Shown here piece by piece: positions 1-9,648 of a stretch of 64,000 bases of DNA. Numbering within the stretch: position 1 is the stretch's first letter; the number at the start of each line of letters is the position of its first letter. Below the pieces are notes generated by a model, which was not told where the DNA came from, made no database searches, and saw nothing but the letters and a program-made list of their open reading frames with translations. Location of the stretch: contig OZ223236.1 of assembly GCA_965140445.1 (NCBI GenBank), positions 2,048,001-2,112,000 of the forward strand, in the 5' to 3' direction. A program made the position numbers and the translations under genes. Source of the stretch: Candidatus Ozemobacteraceae bacterium. GTDB lineage: Bacteria > Muiribacteriota > Ozemobacteria > Ozemobacterales > Ozemobacteraceae.

Positions 1-43
1 TCCCCGCAGGGACTTTTTGAGGATTACTTAAATTAGTTATTGA

Positions 44-2011
44 TTAAACTGTCACGTAACCAAGAATTCTTGCTCTTATTCTTTTCAGAAGCTTTTTTGA
101 TGAACGAATGTCGTCTTCAGACTCTTCTTTTTCGTTATGAAGAAAAACAATTCCACCGGTATGTCCGGCGAGGACACCAGCATCTGGGAATTCAAGAAGG
201 GCAGGGGTATCAATAAGGATTACTTCAACCTTTCGCTTAAGGTTTGAAAGTAATTCAATCATTTCCGGGGAGCCTAGAAATTCTGTTGGGTTAGTTGGAA
301 GATTTCCTGTGGAAATAAGGTTCAGGTTTTTTACGCAGGTCTGTTGCATGAGCTTTGAAGGGTTTTCTCCATTTAGACCATCTGACAAACCCACTTTGTT
401 CTGTAAATCAAAAACCTTGTGAAGAGCTGGATTTCTAAAGTTTGCATCAATCATTAGCACTGAATAGCCAGCCTGTGCCAGAAGAATTGATGTATTTGCA
501 AGCAATGTTGTTTTACCTGATTGATTTCTAGATGACCCAACAAGAACTATTCTTGTATGTGAATCGGCTATGCTGACCTGTAAGTTTGAAAGGAGTGACT
601 TATATGGCCCCATTTTGGGGGAATCTGGTTCATTCAACGCAATCAGACGTTCATCGAATATGGATTCTTCAGAAGCAAATTCTTCTGGTGCCGGCAGAGC
701 CAGTCTCTCAGGAGAAAGAGAAGGAACCTGCAAAATGGTTTCAATAGGTTCTGCTCTTAGTAATGCCTGATTTGCAACGAATCCACCTGATGCAAGCATT
801 TCTGCATTTACCGATACTATTTCTGTTCTAACTGGTTGTGGGCTGTAGAGCATAAAGACTGCCATAAGAACTCCGGATGCCAGAGCAATGCAATCTCTTT
901 GCAATGCAGAAAATCCAATCGGTGATGGAAATTGTCTATCTTTTTTTAGAACATTGATTTTGCCATAAGTTGTATTTTGCCGGATTTTAGCTTCTTCAAT
1001 TTCCAGCGTGGTTTTTTGATGAATTTCTCCAAGAGTTTTGAGCCTTAAATTTAAATGTTGAAGCGTTTGCTCGCTTTGCGAAATCTGAAATCTTTCAGCT
1101 TCTTTAAATTTTGTCAGGTTTTCTCTCAACAAAGATATTTTGTCTAAATCACTATCAATTTCTGCTTTTAAAGAAACATATTCCGGGTTGGTTTTCTTTT
1201 TTCTTTTAGTTGTTTTTGCGCTGGAAAGTCTTTTTTCACATCTACTTATTTTTTTTCTAACAGCAACAACCTTTGGATGTTTTTCTTTGTAAGATTTGAA
1301 TAATTCGGCAAGCTGATTTTGGTATTTACCAAGTTCGTTTGAATAACGGCTATATTCAGGACTTTCTTCAATAATTGAAAAATATGTTATTTCAGGAGTT
1401 GTTTGTAATTTTTTCTGATTGATATCAATTTTTTCTTCAAGCTGATGAAGTTCGTTTTCAAGTAGCAACGTTTTGTTGTCAACATGAACTGTTGCAACCG
1501 CACTTGCACGTGCCAGAGAATTTCTTGTTTCAGCTAACTGTTTTTCAAGGTGCTCTCTTTTCTTTTCAAGTGCTTTTAGTTCAAATGAGCGTTTTTCTGA
1601 GCTGTAACTCAGAAATTCATTTGAAAGAACCTTGATCATAGAGTTACCAAGTTCTTTTAAAATCGAAGGATTTTCATGCCTGATAAGCATTTTAACTAAA
1701 CCAGGTCCAGCATCTTCAAGAGCATATAGTTCTTCATTTCTAGCTTCATCTGCAGGCAGGTTGCAGCTTTTCAAAGCTTTGCTTATTACTGATTTTTGAG
1801 CAAGTATTCCGTTCATTGATGCAGCTAGACTTAGACCAGTAGTGTCTTCTGTTGTCATAACCCTTAAGAGTGATTGACTTTCGTATACTGGGGGAAAATA
1901 TCTATTAAGAAAAACTGAACCAACAATTGCCAGGCCAACTATAACTATTGCCCAGCCAGCCTTATTCTTTAAACTCCTAAAAATGCCTTCTATAAGGCTT
2001 TCCTGCGTCAT
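44..2011 (-). CDS. Wzc/GumC-like polysaccharide co-polymerase with C-terminal BY-kinase (CapB-like) domain
   Basis: N-terminal TM plus PVYES motif, long coiled coil with YKEKHPKV, second TM, Walker A SSRNQSGKTT, IDANFRNP, LIDTP; GGAGG RBS. Confidence 0.85.
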   Translation of the reverse strand: MTQESLIEGIFRSLKNKAGWAIVIVGLAIVGSVFLNRYFPPVYESQSLLRVMTTEDTTGLSLAASMNGILAQKSVISKALKSCNLPADEARNEELYALEDAGPGLVKMLIRHENPSILKELGNSMIKVLSNEFLSYSSEKRSFELKALEKKREHLEKQLAETRNSLARASAVATVHVDNKTLLLENELHQLEEKIDINQKKLQTTPEITYFSIIEESPEYSRYSNELGKYQNQLAELFKSYKEKHPKVVAVRKKISRCEKRLSSAKTTKRKKKTNPEYVSLKAEIDSDLDKISLLRENLTKFKEAERFQISQSEQTLQHLNLRLKTLGEIHQKTTLEIEEAKIRQNTTYGKINVLKKDRQFPSPIGFSALQRDCIALASGVLMAVFMLYSPQPVRTEIVSVNAEMLASGGFVANQALLRAEPIETILQVPSLSPERLALPAPEEFASEESIFDERLIALNEPDSPKMGPYKSLLSNLQVSIADSHTRIVLVGSSRNQSGKTTLLANTSILLAQAGYSVLMIDANFRNPALHKVFDLQNKVGLSDGLNGENPSKLMQQTCVKNLNLISTGNLPTNPTEFLGSPEMIELLSNLKRKVEVILIDTPALLEFPDAGVLAGHTGGIVFLHNEKEESEDDIRSSKKLLKRIRARILGYVTV

Positions 2012-2068
2012 CTTGTCTGCCTCCTGAACGGATCTGTCGAGTGCTTTTATATATATTTACTTCTCAAC

Positions 2069-2096
2069 TAATCGGCAGCCAGATAGAAAAAACTTA
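2069..2096 (-). promoter_or_regulatory. sigma-28-like promoter (TAAG-N16-GCCGATTA)
   Basis: Match to FliA/SigD consensus upstream of the wzc-like gene. Confidence 0.55.
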
Positions 2097-2160
2097 GTGA
2101 AAGCTAAAAAATCATAAAGCTGATTTCTTTTAATTTGTCCAAAACAAATTTAATTGATAA

Positions 2161-2200
2161 AAAAACAGCCGCACTCATGAAAATGAACGCGGCTGTTTTT
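2161..2200 (-). terminator. intrinsic terminator
   Basis: AAAAACAGCCGC...GCGGCTGTTTTT inverted repeat just after the aminotransferase stop. Confidence 0.75.
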
Positions 2201-2208
2201 ATGCTTAG

Positions 2209-3312
2209 CTATTGGTAAAATTGTTTTATTGTTTCTACAACAAACTCTAGCGATTCTGATGGGAGTTCTGGATATATTGGAAGAGCAATTGTGCTTAATG
2301 CTGCTTCTTCAGAATTTGGGAAATCACCCTTTTTGTATCCGAGATAAGCAAAACAATTTTGTTCGTGCAGAGAGAGCGGATAATAAACAGAGCATCCGAT
2401 TTCTTTTTCCATGAGAAGTTTTTTCAACTCATCACGATTCTTAACTCTGAGAACGTATTGATTAAAGATATGATATCTGTCATCTTTGCGAACAGGCGTA
2501 GTTACTTCTTCTATTTCAGCAAAGTGCTTATCATATTGGTCGGCATTTTTTCTTCTGCCACATGTCCATCCATCAAGATATGGTAGTTTTACTGATACAA
2601 CAGCTGCCTGAAGGGAATCAAGTCTCGCATTTAAGCCTATTTCAAGGTGGTGGTATTGTTCCTGTCCACCGTGCACTCTAAGACCCTTTAAGCGGGTAGC
2701 AAGTTCTTCATCGTTAGTTGAAACTAGTCCACCATCGCCAAAGCCACCAAGATTTTTGCTCGGGAAGAAACTAAAGCAACCTAGATCACCCATGCTTCCT
2801 GCGCTTTTTCCTTTATATTTTGCGCCAATTGCCTGAGCTGCATCTTCGATTACTTTCAGGTTATGTTTTTTTGCTATTGCCAATAGAGGGTCCATGTCAA
2901 CACACTGGCCAAAAAGATGGACTGGCATAATGGCTTTAGTTTTATCAGTAATAACGCTTTCAATTTTGTTAACATCCATTAAAAAAGTATCAGGATGGAT
3001 ATCTACGAAAACAGGTTTTGCGCCAACTCTAGCTATTGAGCTTGCCGTTGCAAAAAAGGTATAAGGTGTTGTTATTACTTCATCACCCGCTCCTATGTCT
3101 AAGGACATTAACGCCAGAATTAAGGCGTCGGTTCCAGACGAACAGCCTATGGAATATTTTGTTCCAATGTAGCTGGCAAGTTCTTTCTCAGCCTTCTCTA
3201 CCTTGGGGCCAAGTATAAATGCCTGGTCCTCAATTATAGCTATTAACTCGGGTAAAACTTGGTCTTTAATCTGTGCAAATTGTGCTTTTAAGTCTAGTAG
3301 AGGGACTTTCAT
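2209..3312 (-). CDS. DegT/DnrJ/EryC1/StrS family PLP-dependent sugar aminotransferase
   Basis: SSGTDAL, IEDAAQA, SFFPSKNLG motifs; start chosen at MKVPLLDL after a GGAG RBS. Confidence 0.93.
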   Translation of the reverse strand: MKVPLLDLKAQFAQIKDQVLPELIAIIEDQAFILGPKVEKAEKELASYIGTKYSIGCSSGTDALILALMSLDIGAGDEVITTPYTFFATASSIARVGAKPVFVDIHPDTFLMDVNKIESVITDKTKAIMPVHLFGQCVDMDPLLAIAKKHNLKVIEDAAQAIGAKYKGKSAGSMGDLGCFSFFPSKNLGGFGDGGLVSTNDEELATRLKGLRVHGGQEQYHHLEIGLNARLDSLQAAVVSVKLPYLDGWTCGRRKNADQYDKHFAEIEEVTTPVRKDDRYHIFNQYVLRVKNRDELKKLLMEKEIGCSVYYPLSLHEQNCFAYLGYKKGDFPNSEEAALSTIALPIYPELPSESLEFVVETIKQFYQ

Positions 3313-3448
3313 GGCTATCTCCATTCAAAGTTTTGATCGTGAAAAAAATAACACAATGGAGATTATCATTAACCAATAATTTAAGTCAATGCTTTATATA
3401 AGCAAATTAGGGGTAGATTTTTCTTAAGTAAAGTGATATGCTTCGCCT

Positions 3449-4738
3449 GTGAAATTTATAGATGAAATAAAAATTGAAGTTTCTTCTGGTAAGGGCGGCG
3501 ATGGTTCCGTCGCTTTTCGTCGCGAGAAATTTGTTCCATACGGTGGCCCTTCAGGTGGAGATGGCGGCCGTGGTGGCGATATTATTCTCGAAGCTACGAG
3601 TGATTTAACTACACTTTATGAACTTAGCTTCACAAAAGTGCTAAAAGCCCAAAATGGCGAAAATGGTATGCCAAAGGATATGATTGGCGCTAATGGTGAA
3701 AGCCTGACCGTTTTTGTTCCAGTAGGAACTCTTGTATATGATTTTGAATCAGATAAATTGCTCGCCGATCTTGATGAGAGCGGACAAAGGTTTGTTATAG
3801 CCAAAGGCGGTCGTGGTGGCCGGGGCAACGCAAGATTTGTTTCCTCCGTTAGACGGGCACCAAGAATGGCTGAAAAAGGTGAGCCAGGTGTTACTTTAAA
3901 AATTAGATTAGAACTTAAACTACTTGCAGACGTTGGTCTGGTAGGCTTGCCAAATGCAGGTAAGTCAACTTTTCTTGGATCTGTAAGTAATGCCAGACCA
4001 AGAGTTGCAGATTATCCATTTACAACCTTGTTTCCAAGTCTTGGAATTGTTAAGTCTGATGTTGGTGCTTCTTTTTGTATGGCTGATATCCCTGGATTAA
4101 TCGAGGGAGCCCATGAAGGAACTGGACTTGGAATACAGTTTTTGAAACATATTGAAAGAACCAAAATTCTTTTGCATCTGGTTGATACCAGCCAATTGGA
4201 TCTTGATCCAGAAAATATTTTAAAGGAATACGATATTATTCAGGCCGAGTTAAAAGAATTTTCAGAATTATTAGCTGATAAGCCTGTTGTTGTTGCTGCT
4301 AATAAGATGGATCTTCCAGACTCTCAAGAACTTTTTCCAACTTTTAAAGAAGAATTGGCAAAACGCGGAATTGAAGTTTTCCCTGTTTCTGGTGCAACTA
4401 AAAAGGGTGTTCCTGAATTGTTGAAATATCTTTCTCAGAAATTGAAAGAATTTAAAGCGCCAGTTAGATTTGAACCCAATACAGAAGAGAAGGTTTATGA
4501 ATACCTTCCTCCATACCAAATCGAGATGGAAAGCAAGGGGTATTGGGTTGTTCGTGGTGCTGAAATTGAAAGGCTTGTTGCTATTACTGATTTTGCAAAT
4601 GATGAGGCAATCGCAACTTTTAAAAGAAAATTAGACAGGCTCGGATTTCTTGATGAGCTTACCCATCTCGCGGCAGATGAAGAAGATACTTTTGCTATTG
4701 GCAATATGGAATTTCTATTCTGGGAGTTCTTTTATTGA
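3449..4738 (+). CDS. obgE: GTPase ObgE/CgtA
   Basis: Gly-rich Obg fold, GLPNAGKS, DYPFTT, DIPG, NKMD, C-terminal OCT-like domain. Confidence 0.97.
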   Translation: MKFIDEIKIEVSSGKGGDGSVAFRREKFVPYGGPSGGDGGRGGDIILEATSDLTTLYELSFTKVLKAQNGENGMPKDMIGANGESLTVFVPVGTLVYDFESDKLLADLDESGQRFVIAKGGRGGRGNARFVSSVRRAPRMAEKGEPGVTLKIRLELKLLADVGLVGLPNAGKSTFLGSVSNARPRVADYPFTTLFPSLGIVKSDVGASFCMADIPGLIEGAHEGTGLGIQFLKHIERTKILLHLVDTSQLDLDPENILKEYDIIQAELKEFSELLADKPVVVAANKMDLPDSQELFPTFKEELAKRGIEVFPVSGATKKGVPELLKYLSQKLKEFKAPVRFEPNTEEKVYEYLPPYQIEMESKGYWVVRGAEIERLVAITDFANDEAIATFKRKLDRLGFLDELTHLAADEEDTFAIGNMEFLFWEFFY

Positions 4739-5817
4739 GGGTTGGAATTTTCGGGGGGAGCTTTAATCCCGTTCATGAACAGCACCTTAGAATTGCCGAC
4801 GCTGCAAAAGTTCAGCTAAAACTAGATGAAATCTGGTTTTTACCTGTTTTTAAACCCGTTCATAAAAATCAGAAATTGTTATTAAGCTATGAGTCTAGGC
4901 GAAGTATGCTTTCAGCAGCGATTTCTGATTTTTCCAGTTTTAGGATTTGTGACGCGGAACAGGAACTTGGTGGAAACTCTTATACCATTAGAACCCTACG
5001 CTATTTGCTTAAAAAGTTTCCGCAAAAGGAATTTCATTTGATTATTGGCGGCGACTCGCTGGCAGACTTTTCAAGTTGGCGTGAGGCTGATTTGTTGGCA
5101 AAGTTGGTGCCAATTGCTGTAATAAGGAGACCAGGTAACTCAGAAGACTCCTCTATCCCTGGAGCGATTTTAAACTGGGTCGATGTTCCATTAAGCAGTG
5201 CCTCAAGCTCTGATATCAGGGAAAAACTTTCTATGAAGTCTTTTAAAGATCTGCCTTTGCCTGATAATGTTCTTTTTGAAATTTTGTGGGGCAACTTTTA
5301 TGATTCTCTAAAATTGCAAGAAGGGCAGGCGTTAGAAAAGATTAAAAGGCAATATGATTTCATTCCAGAGGGACTTTGTGAACACATGAAAAGTGTGGCA
5401 AGGCAGTGCATTATGTTGTGTCGTAAGAATTCAATTTCACCAGTCATTGGGTTCTTTCTCGGCTTGGGCCATGATTTGTTTCGGGCCTCCAAGGATGAAA
5501 AACTGATTGAAAATGCTAAAAAGTCTGGATTTGAATTGACTTCTCTTGAATTTGAAATTCCCATGCTTTCACATGGGGCAGCCGCCGCAGGCTTTTTCAA
5601 AGATCTGAATATTTTTGAAGCAGATTTTTTGAAAGCTCTCAGGTTTCATACTTTTCCGGAAAATGATAATGGAGTTTTAACTATGCTTTTGGCTGTTGCT
5701 GACACTCTTGATCCTTCACGAGGTATACCTGCAAGAATTTCTTTGCTTAATTCTCAGAAGTCTTTAAAGGAATTGTTCGTCGAAGTTTTGTTGTTAAAAA
5801 AGTATGTAAACAATTGA
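4735..5817 (+). CDS. nadD: NadD nicotinate-nucleotide adenylyltransferase fused to YqeK-like HD domain
   Basis: GGSFNPVH..H, SYT, IIGGD, SSSDIR, followed by EH...GHD...SHG...FHT...AD HD-domain motifs. Confidence 0.88.
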   Translation: MRVGIFGGSFNPVHEQHLRIADAAKVQLKLDEIWFLPVFKPVHKNQKLLLSYESRRSMLSAAISDFSSFRICDAEQELGGNSYTIRTLRYLLKKFPQKEFHLIIGGDSLADFSSWREADLLAKLVPIAVIRRPGNSEDSSIPGAILNWVDVPLSSASSSDIREKLSMKSFKDLPLPDNVLFEILWGNFYDSLKLQEGQALEKIKRQYDFIPEGLCEHMKSVARQCIMLCRKNSISPVIGFFLGLGHDLFRASKDEKLIENAKKSGFELTSLEFEIPMLSHGAAAAGFFKDLNIFEADFLKALRFHTFPENDNGVLTMLLAVADTLDPSRGIPARISLLNSQKSLKELFVEVLLLKKYVNN

Positions 5818-5880
5818 AAGTTGAATAATTCAAAAATTCCAGTGGAGTTTGTTTCTATGCTCTGGTAAGATACTAGGGTC

Positions 5881-6891
5881 ATGGCAAATTCATCAGAAGC
5901 AGTTCCCACCGCAACTCTTAAAACATTTAAATCTCGCAGAGCCAAAGCTTTGCTGGTTTTGCTTGAGATCTTTTTTATTCTATTAAATGTGGTTTTTTTT
6001 GTTGGAATTGGGAAAAAATGGCTTTTCACGCAAACAAACCTTACCAGCACCATGCATTTTTCAAACAGGGCGGAGCCAAAAGAAAATGAAAATCAAATTG
6101 GTAATGTTAATATTCTTGTTTTTGGAGTTGACTCAGTAGAGGGAACACACCGATCTGACACATTGTTTGTATTAGGGTTGAACCCTTCCAAGGGAAGAAT
6201 CTCTATGCTTTCAGTTCCAAGAGATACGCGCGTTTTGATTAATGGAAAATCAAGGAAAATAAATGAAATTTTGCCAAGATATGGAGAATTTGCTTTAAGG
6301 AATTTAATTGAAGACCTTATGCAGATTAAGATTAGTCGATATATAAAGGTTGATTTTCAAGGGTTTATAAACATAATTGATGTTATTGGTGGTGTGGATA
6401 TTAATTTGGATAAGTCCATGAATTACGATGATAACTGGGGAAAACTTCATATCCATTTTAAAAAAGGTCCAAATCATTTAGATGGAAGAGATGCCCTTAA
6501 TTATGTAAGGTTTAGAGCCGACGCCAATGCTGACCTTGGTAGAATTAAGCGGCAGCAGAAATTTATCAGAGAAGTTCTCAGAAAAGCATTTCAGCCAAGC
6601 TTTGTTGTGAAGCTTCCTCAAGTTATTAAAGAGGCTTTCACTCATGTAGATACTGATTTAACAATTCAGGAAATCTTTTCTTTAATCTATGGTTTTAAGG
6701 ACTTCAAAGCTAAATTCAGAACTTCTTCTTTGCCTGGTGAGGCAAGATACATTGATAAAATAAGCTATTTTTTACCTTACAAGGATAAAGCAGTTGAACT
6801 TGGTGCAAGAGAGTTTTCAGATCTTGCTGCTATAGAACTTGTTGCAAGCTTTTCCTCTAATATTGCTTCAGGAACGATTAATGAAAACTGA
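5881..6891 (+). CDS. LytR-CpsA-Psr (LCP) family glycopolymer transferase
   Basis: N-terminal TM; RSDT, SVPRDT, GGVD, YVRFR, DLGRIKRQQ motifs. Confidence 0.93.
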   Translation: MANSSEAVPTATLKTFKSRRAKALLVLLEIFFILLNVVFFVGIGKKWLFTQTNLTSTMHFSNRAEPKENENQIGNVNILVFGVDSVEGTHRSDTLFVLGLNPSKGRISMLSVPRDTRVLINGKSRKINEILPRYGEFALRNLIEDLMQIKISRYIKVDFQGFINIIDVIGGVDINLDKSMNYDDNWGKLHIHFKKGPNHLDGRDALNYVRFRADANADLGRIKRQQKFIREVLRKAFQPSFVVKLPQVIKEAFTHVDTDLTIQEIFSLIYGFKDFKAKFRTSSLPGEARYIDKISYFLPYKDKAVELGAREFSDLAAIELVASFSSNIASGTINEN

Positions 6892-7906
6892 ACTTTTTGA
6901 TTTTGATTTGCCCGAGTCTTTAATCGCTCAAGTTCCGGCGGAAAAAAGGAGCGAATCTCGCCTTCTGGTTTTCGACCGCCAAAATGAAACAATTTCTCAT
7001 CAGAAATTTTTTGATATTGTTGATTATTTTCAACCCGGAGACCTGTTGATTCTTAACAGTTCAAGAGTTATTCCTGCCAGATTATTCACTTCTCCAGACC
7101 AGGGAAGGGTTAAACCCTCAGAAATCCTTTTTATAAAAGACCTGGGTAATGGTCTATTTGAAGCTATGGTTAGACCTGGAAAAAAGTTTAAACCAGGACA
7201 CAGGCATACTCTTCCTGAGGGAGTTACTGTTGAAGTGCAAAGTATTAAAGAGGGTGGTTTACGGATTTTAAAAACCATTGGGCGATCTGATTCTGTTGAA
7301 ATCTTTCGAAAGTATGGAGAAATGCCGCTCCCTCCGTATATTACTTCCAGAGAAAGTTCCCCTGAAAGATATCAAACTGTTTTTTCTGACGAAGAGGGCT
7401 CAGTAGCAGCACCCACGGCTGGTCTTCATTTTGAAGAAAGTATTTTTGAACAATTGAAAGAAAAAAAGGTAGATGTAAAAACAGTAACTCTTCATGTTGG
7501 ACTTGGGACTTTTAAACCCATAGAAGCTGAATATCTTGAGCACCACCATATGCATGAAGAGATTTATTATATCTCCCAGGAAACAGCAGAAGCTTTCTTA
7601 GAAACTAAAAAACAAGGTAACAAAGTCTGGGCTTGCGGCACAACTTCCGTAAGAACTCTTGAATCTGCAATTCAGGACTCTGGTGAACTTAGAACTGGGT
7701 GGCAGTCTACAGATTGTTTTATAAAGCCGGGATATAAGTTTAAAGCAGTTGACAGGATGATTACGAACTTCCATTTGCCAAAGTCGAGTTTGATAGTTCT
7801 GGTTTCGGCTTTTTGTGGTAGAGAGCAGGCAATGAAAATTTATAATGAAGCTATAAAAGAAAAATATAGATTCTATAGCTTTGGAGATTCAATGGTGATG
7901 ATATGA
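6881..7906 (+). CDS. queA: S-adenosylmethionine:tRNA ribosyltransferase-isomerase
   Basis: FDFDLPESLIAQ, PLPPYI, AAPTAGLHF, LHVGLGTF, TNFHLPKS, YSFGD. Confidence 0.97.
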   Translation: MKTELFDFDLPESLIAQVPAEKRSESRLLVFDRQNETISHQKFFDIVDYFQPGDLLILNSSRVIPARLFTSPDQGRVKPSEILFIKDLGNGLFEAMVRPGKKFKPGHRHTLPEGVTVEVQSIKEGGLRILKTIGRSDSVEIFRKYGEMPLPPYITSRESSPERYQTVFSDEEGSVAAPTAGLHFEESIFEQLKEKKVDVKTVTLHVGLGTFKPIEAEYLEHHHMHEEIYYISQETAEAFLETKKQGNKVWACGTTSVRTLESAIQDSGELRTGWQSTDCFIKPGYKFKAVDRMITNFHLPKSSLIVLVSAFCGREQAMKIYNEAIKEKYRFYSFGDSMVMI

Positions 7907-9039
7907 CAAATAAAGAATTTAAGTTTACGTTAGAGCACAAGTCAGAAGAATGCCTTGGACGAGTTGGAAAAATTTCTACGCGACGCGGAGAGATTCCGAC
8001 CCCTATTTTTATGCCAGTAGGGACAGCTGGAACGGTAAAAACGCTTTCACCAGCAGATATTACCGATGCAGGTGCTTCCATAATACTTGGAAACACATAT
8101 CACCTGTATTTGCGGCCTGGAACAGACGTTCTGGATCATTTTGGTGGGTTACACAATATGATGGCCTGGGATAAACCAATGCTTACTGATTCAGGTGGTT
8201 TTCAGGTATTTTCTCTAAAGAAACTGAATAAAATTTCTGATGACGGAGTCGAATTTTCTTCTCACCTGGATGGGTCGAAACATTGGCTGACCCCTGAAGA
8301 ATCCATGAGAATTCAACGGTCGATTGGGGCAGAAATAATGATGGTTTTCGATGAATGTTGTCCATATCCTTCAGATGAAAAAGTTGCCAAAAGAGCTATG
8401 GACAGATCAGTAGCATGGGCAAAGAGGTGCCGGGAAGACCACCCTCAAATGAGAAACGGCCAGGCCTTGTTTGGTATTGTTCAGGGCTCTATGTATCTGC
8501 CTTTACGTCTTGAGTCGATAAAAAGGACTTATGATATAGGATTTGAAGGACTAGCCGTGGGCGGATTGTCTGTTGGAGAACCAAAAGAAGAAATGATAAG
8601 GGTTCTGGATGGAATGATGCCTCACATGCCGGAAGAGTTGCCAAGATACCTTATGGGAGTTGGAACTCCAGAAGATTTATTTACAGGAGTTGAACGTGGC
8701 ATTGATATGTTTGATTGCGTTCATCCTACCAGGATTGCTAGACATGCCACAGTTTTTTCTACCGACGGTCGATTAAGCCTGTTGAATGCAAAATGGCAAA
8801 AATCAGATGAGCCTATGGATAAAGACTGCACCTGCTACGCTTGCAGAAATTTTTCACGTGGTTATATGAGACACTTGTTTAAAGCAAAAGAGATTCTTGG
8901 TTTGCGAATGGCAAGTTTGCATAATATTACTTTTATGATTAATCTTATGAATAAGATTCGCCAATCGCTTATTGAAAAGCGATTTATCAGTTTTAAAAAT
9001 GAGTTTCTTGGAAGATATTTCTCGAAGGGGGATAAATAG
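7903..9039 (+). CDS. tgt: tRNA-guanine transglycosylase
   Basis: TPIFMPVGT, TDSGGFQ, DMFDCV, CTCYAC zinc site. Confidence 0.97.
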   Translation: MTNKEFKFTLEHKSEECLGRVGKISTRRGEIPTPIFMPVGTAGTVKTLSPADITDAGASIILGNTYHLYLRPGTDVLDHFGGLHNMMAWDKPMLTDSGGFQVFSLKKLNKISDDGVEFSSHLDGSKHWLTPEESMRIQRSIGAEIMMVFDECCPYPSDEKVAKRAMDRSVAWAKRCREDHPQMRNGQALFGIVQGSMYLPLRLESIKRTYDIGFEGLAVGGLSVGEPKEEMIRVLDGMMPHMPEELPRYLMGVGTPEDLFTGVERGIDMFDCVHPTRIARHATVFSTDGRLSLLNAKWQKSDEPMDKDCTCYACRNFSRGYMRHLFKAKEILGLRMASLHNITFMINLMNKIRQSLIEKRFISFKNEFLGRYFSKGDK

Positions 9040-9582
9040 ATGGCTAGTCCAGAAAAACAATTACTGGATTCAGGAATTGCAGCTTTCAGGCAGGGTGATG
9101 CTGCAAAAGCTGAAGAAGTGTTCAGAGATTTTTTAAAGCAATATCCAAAAAGTGATCTGGCAGATAATGCGGTATACAATCTTGCAAAAATCGCCTTAAG
9201 AAACGAGCAGGAACAAAGAGCGGTTGAATGGTACGAGTTCCTTCTGGAAAATTATCCAGATAGTGATGCAGCTTACTTTGGAAAAGACGAGTATGTTGAA
9301 CTTATGCGTTCAATGGGTAAAGGACCAAGTGAAACTGCTGATGAATGCTATTTTGAAGGAAAGAAACAACTGCATGAAGGAAAGATTGACGCAGCTGTAG
9401 AAAGCTTTAACCGTTTGATTAAAGAATATCCTGAATGTGAGTATGTTGATAACGCTCATTATCAGCTTGGCTTGATTTGTAAAAAGCGCGGTGATCTTGA
9501 AGGTGTTAAACGTCACGTAGACATTATTATGTCGCAGTATGCTGATACAGATGCTGCCTTATATGCACAAAGTCTGCTGTAA
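9040..9582 (+). CDS. TPR protein (two CpoB/BamD-like repeat modules), no signal peptide
   Basis: Duplicated YPxSxxAxxAxY TPR motifs. Confidence 0.75.
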   Translation: MASPEKQLLDSGIAAFRQGDAAKAEEVFRDFLKQYPKSDLADNAVYNLAKIALRNEQEQRAVEWYEFLLENYPDSDAAYFGKDEYVELMRSMGKGPSETADECYFEGKKQLHEGKIDAAVESFNRLIKEYPECEYVDNAHYQLGLICKKRGDLEGVKRHVDIIMSQYADTDAALYAQSLL

Positions 9583-9604
9583 ACAACATCATTTCTAAAA
9601 TAGA

Positions 9605-9640
9605 AAATGGGCTGCCTCATATTGAGGCAGCCCATTTATT
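9605..9640. terminator. bidirectional intrinsic terminator
   Basis: AAATGGGCTGCCTCA-tat-TGAGGCAGCCCATTT between convergent genes. Confidence 0.85.
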
Positions 9641-9648
9641 TTGGCAAC

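Noticed and set aside
1..18. TCCC-cgca-GGGA-CTTTTT hairpin at window start
   Set aside because: Probably a truncated terminator, but too little context to call
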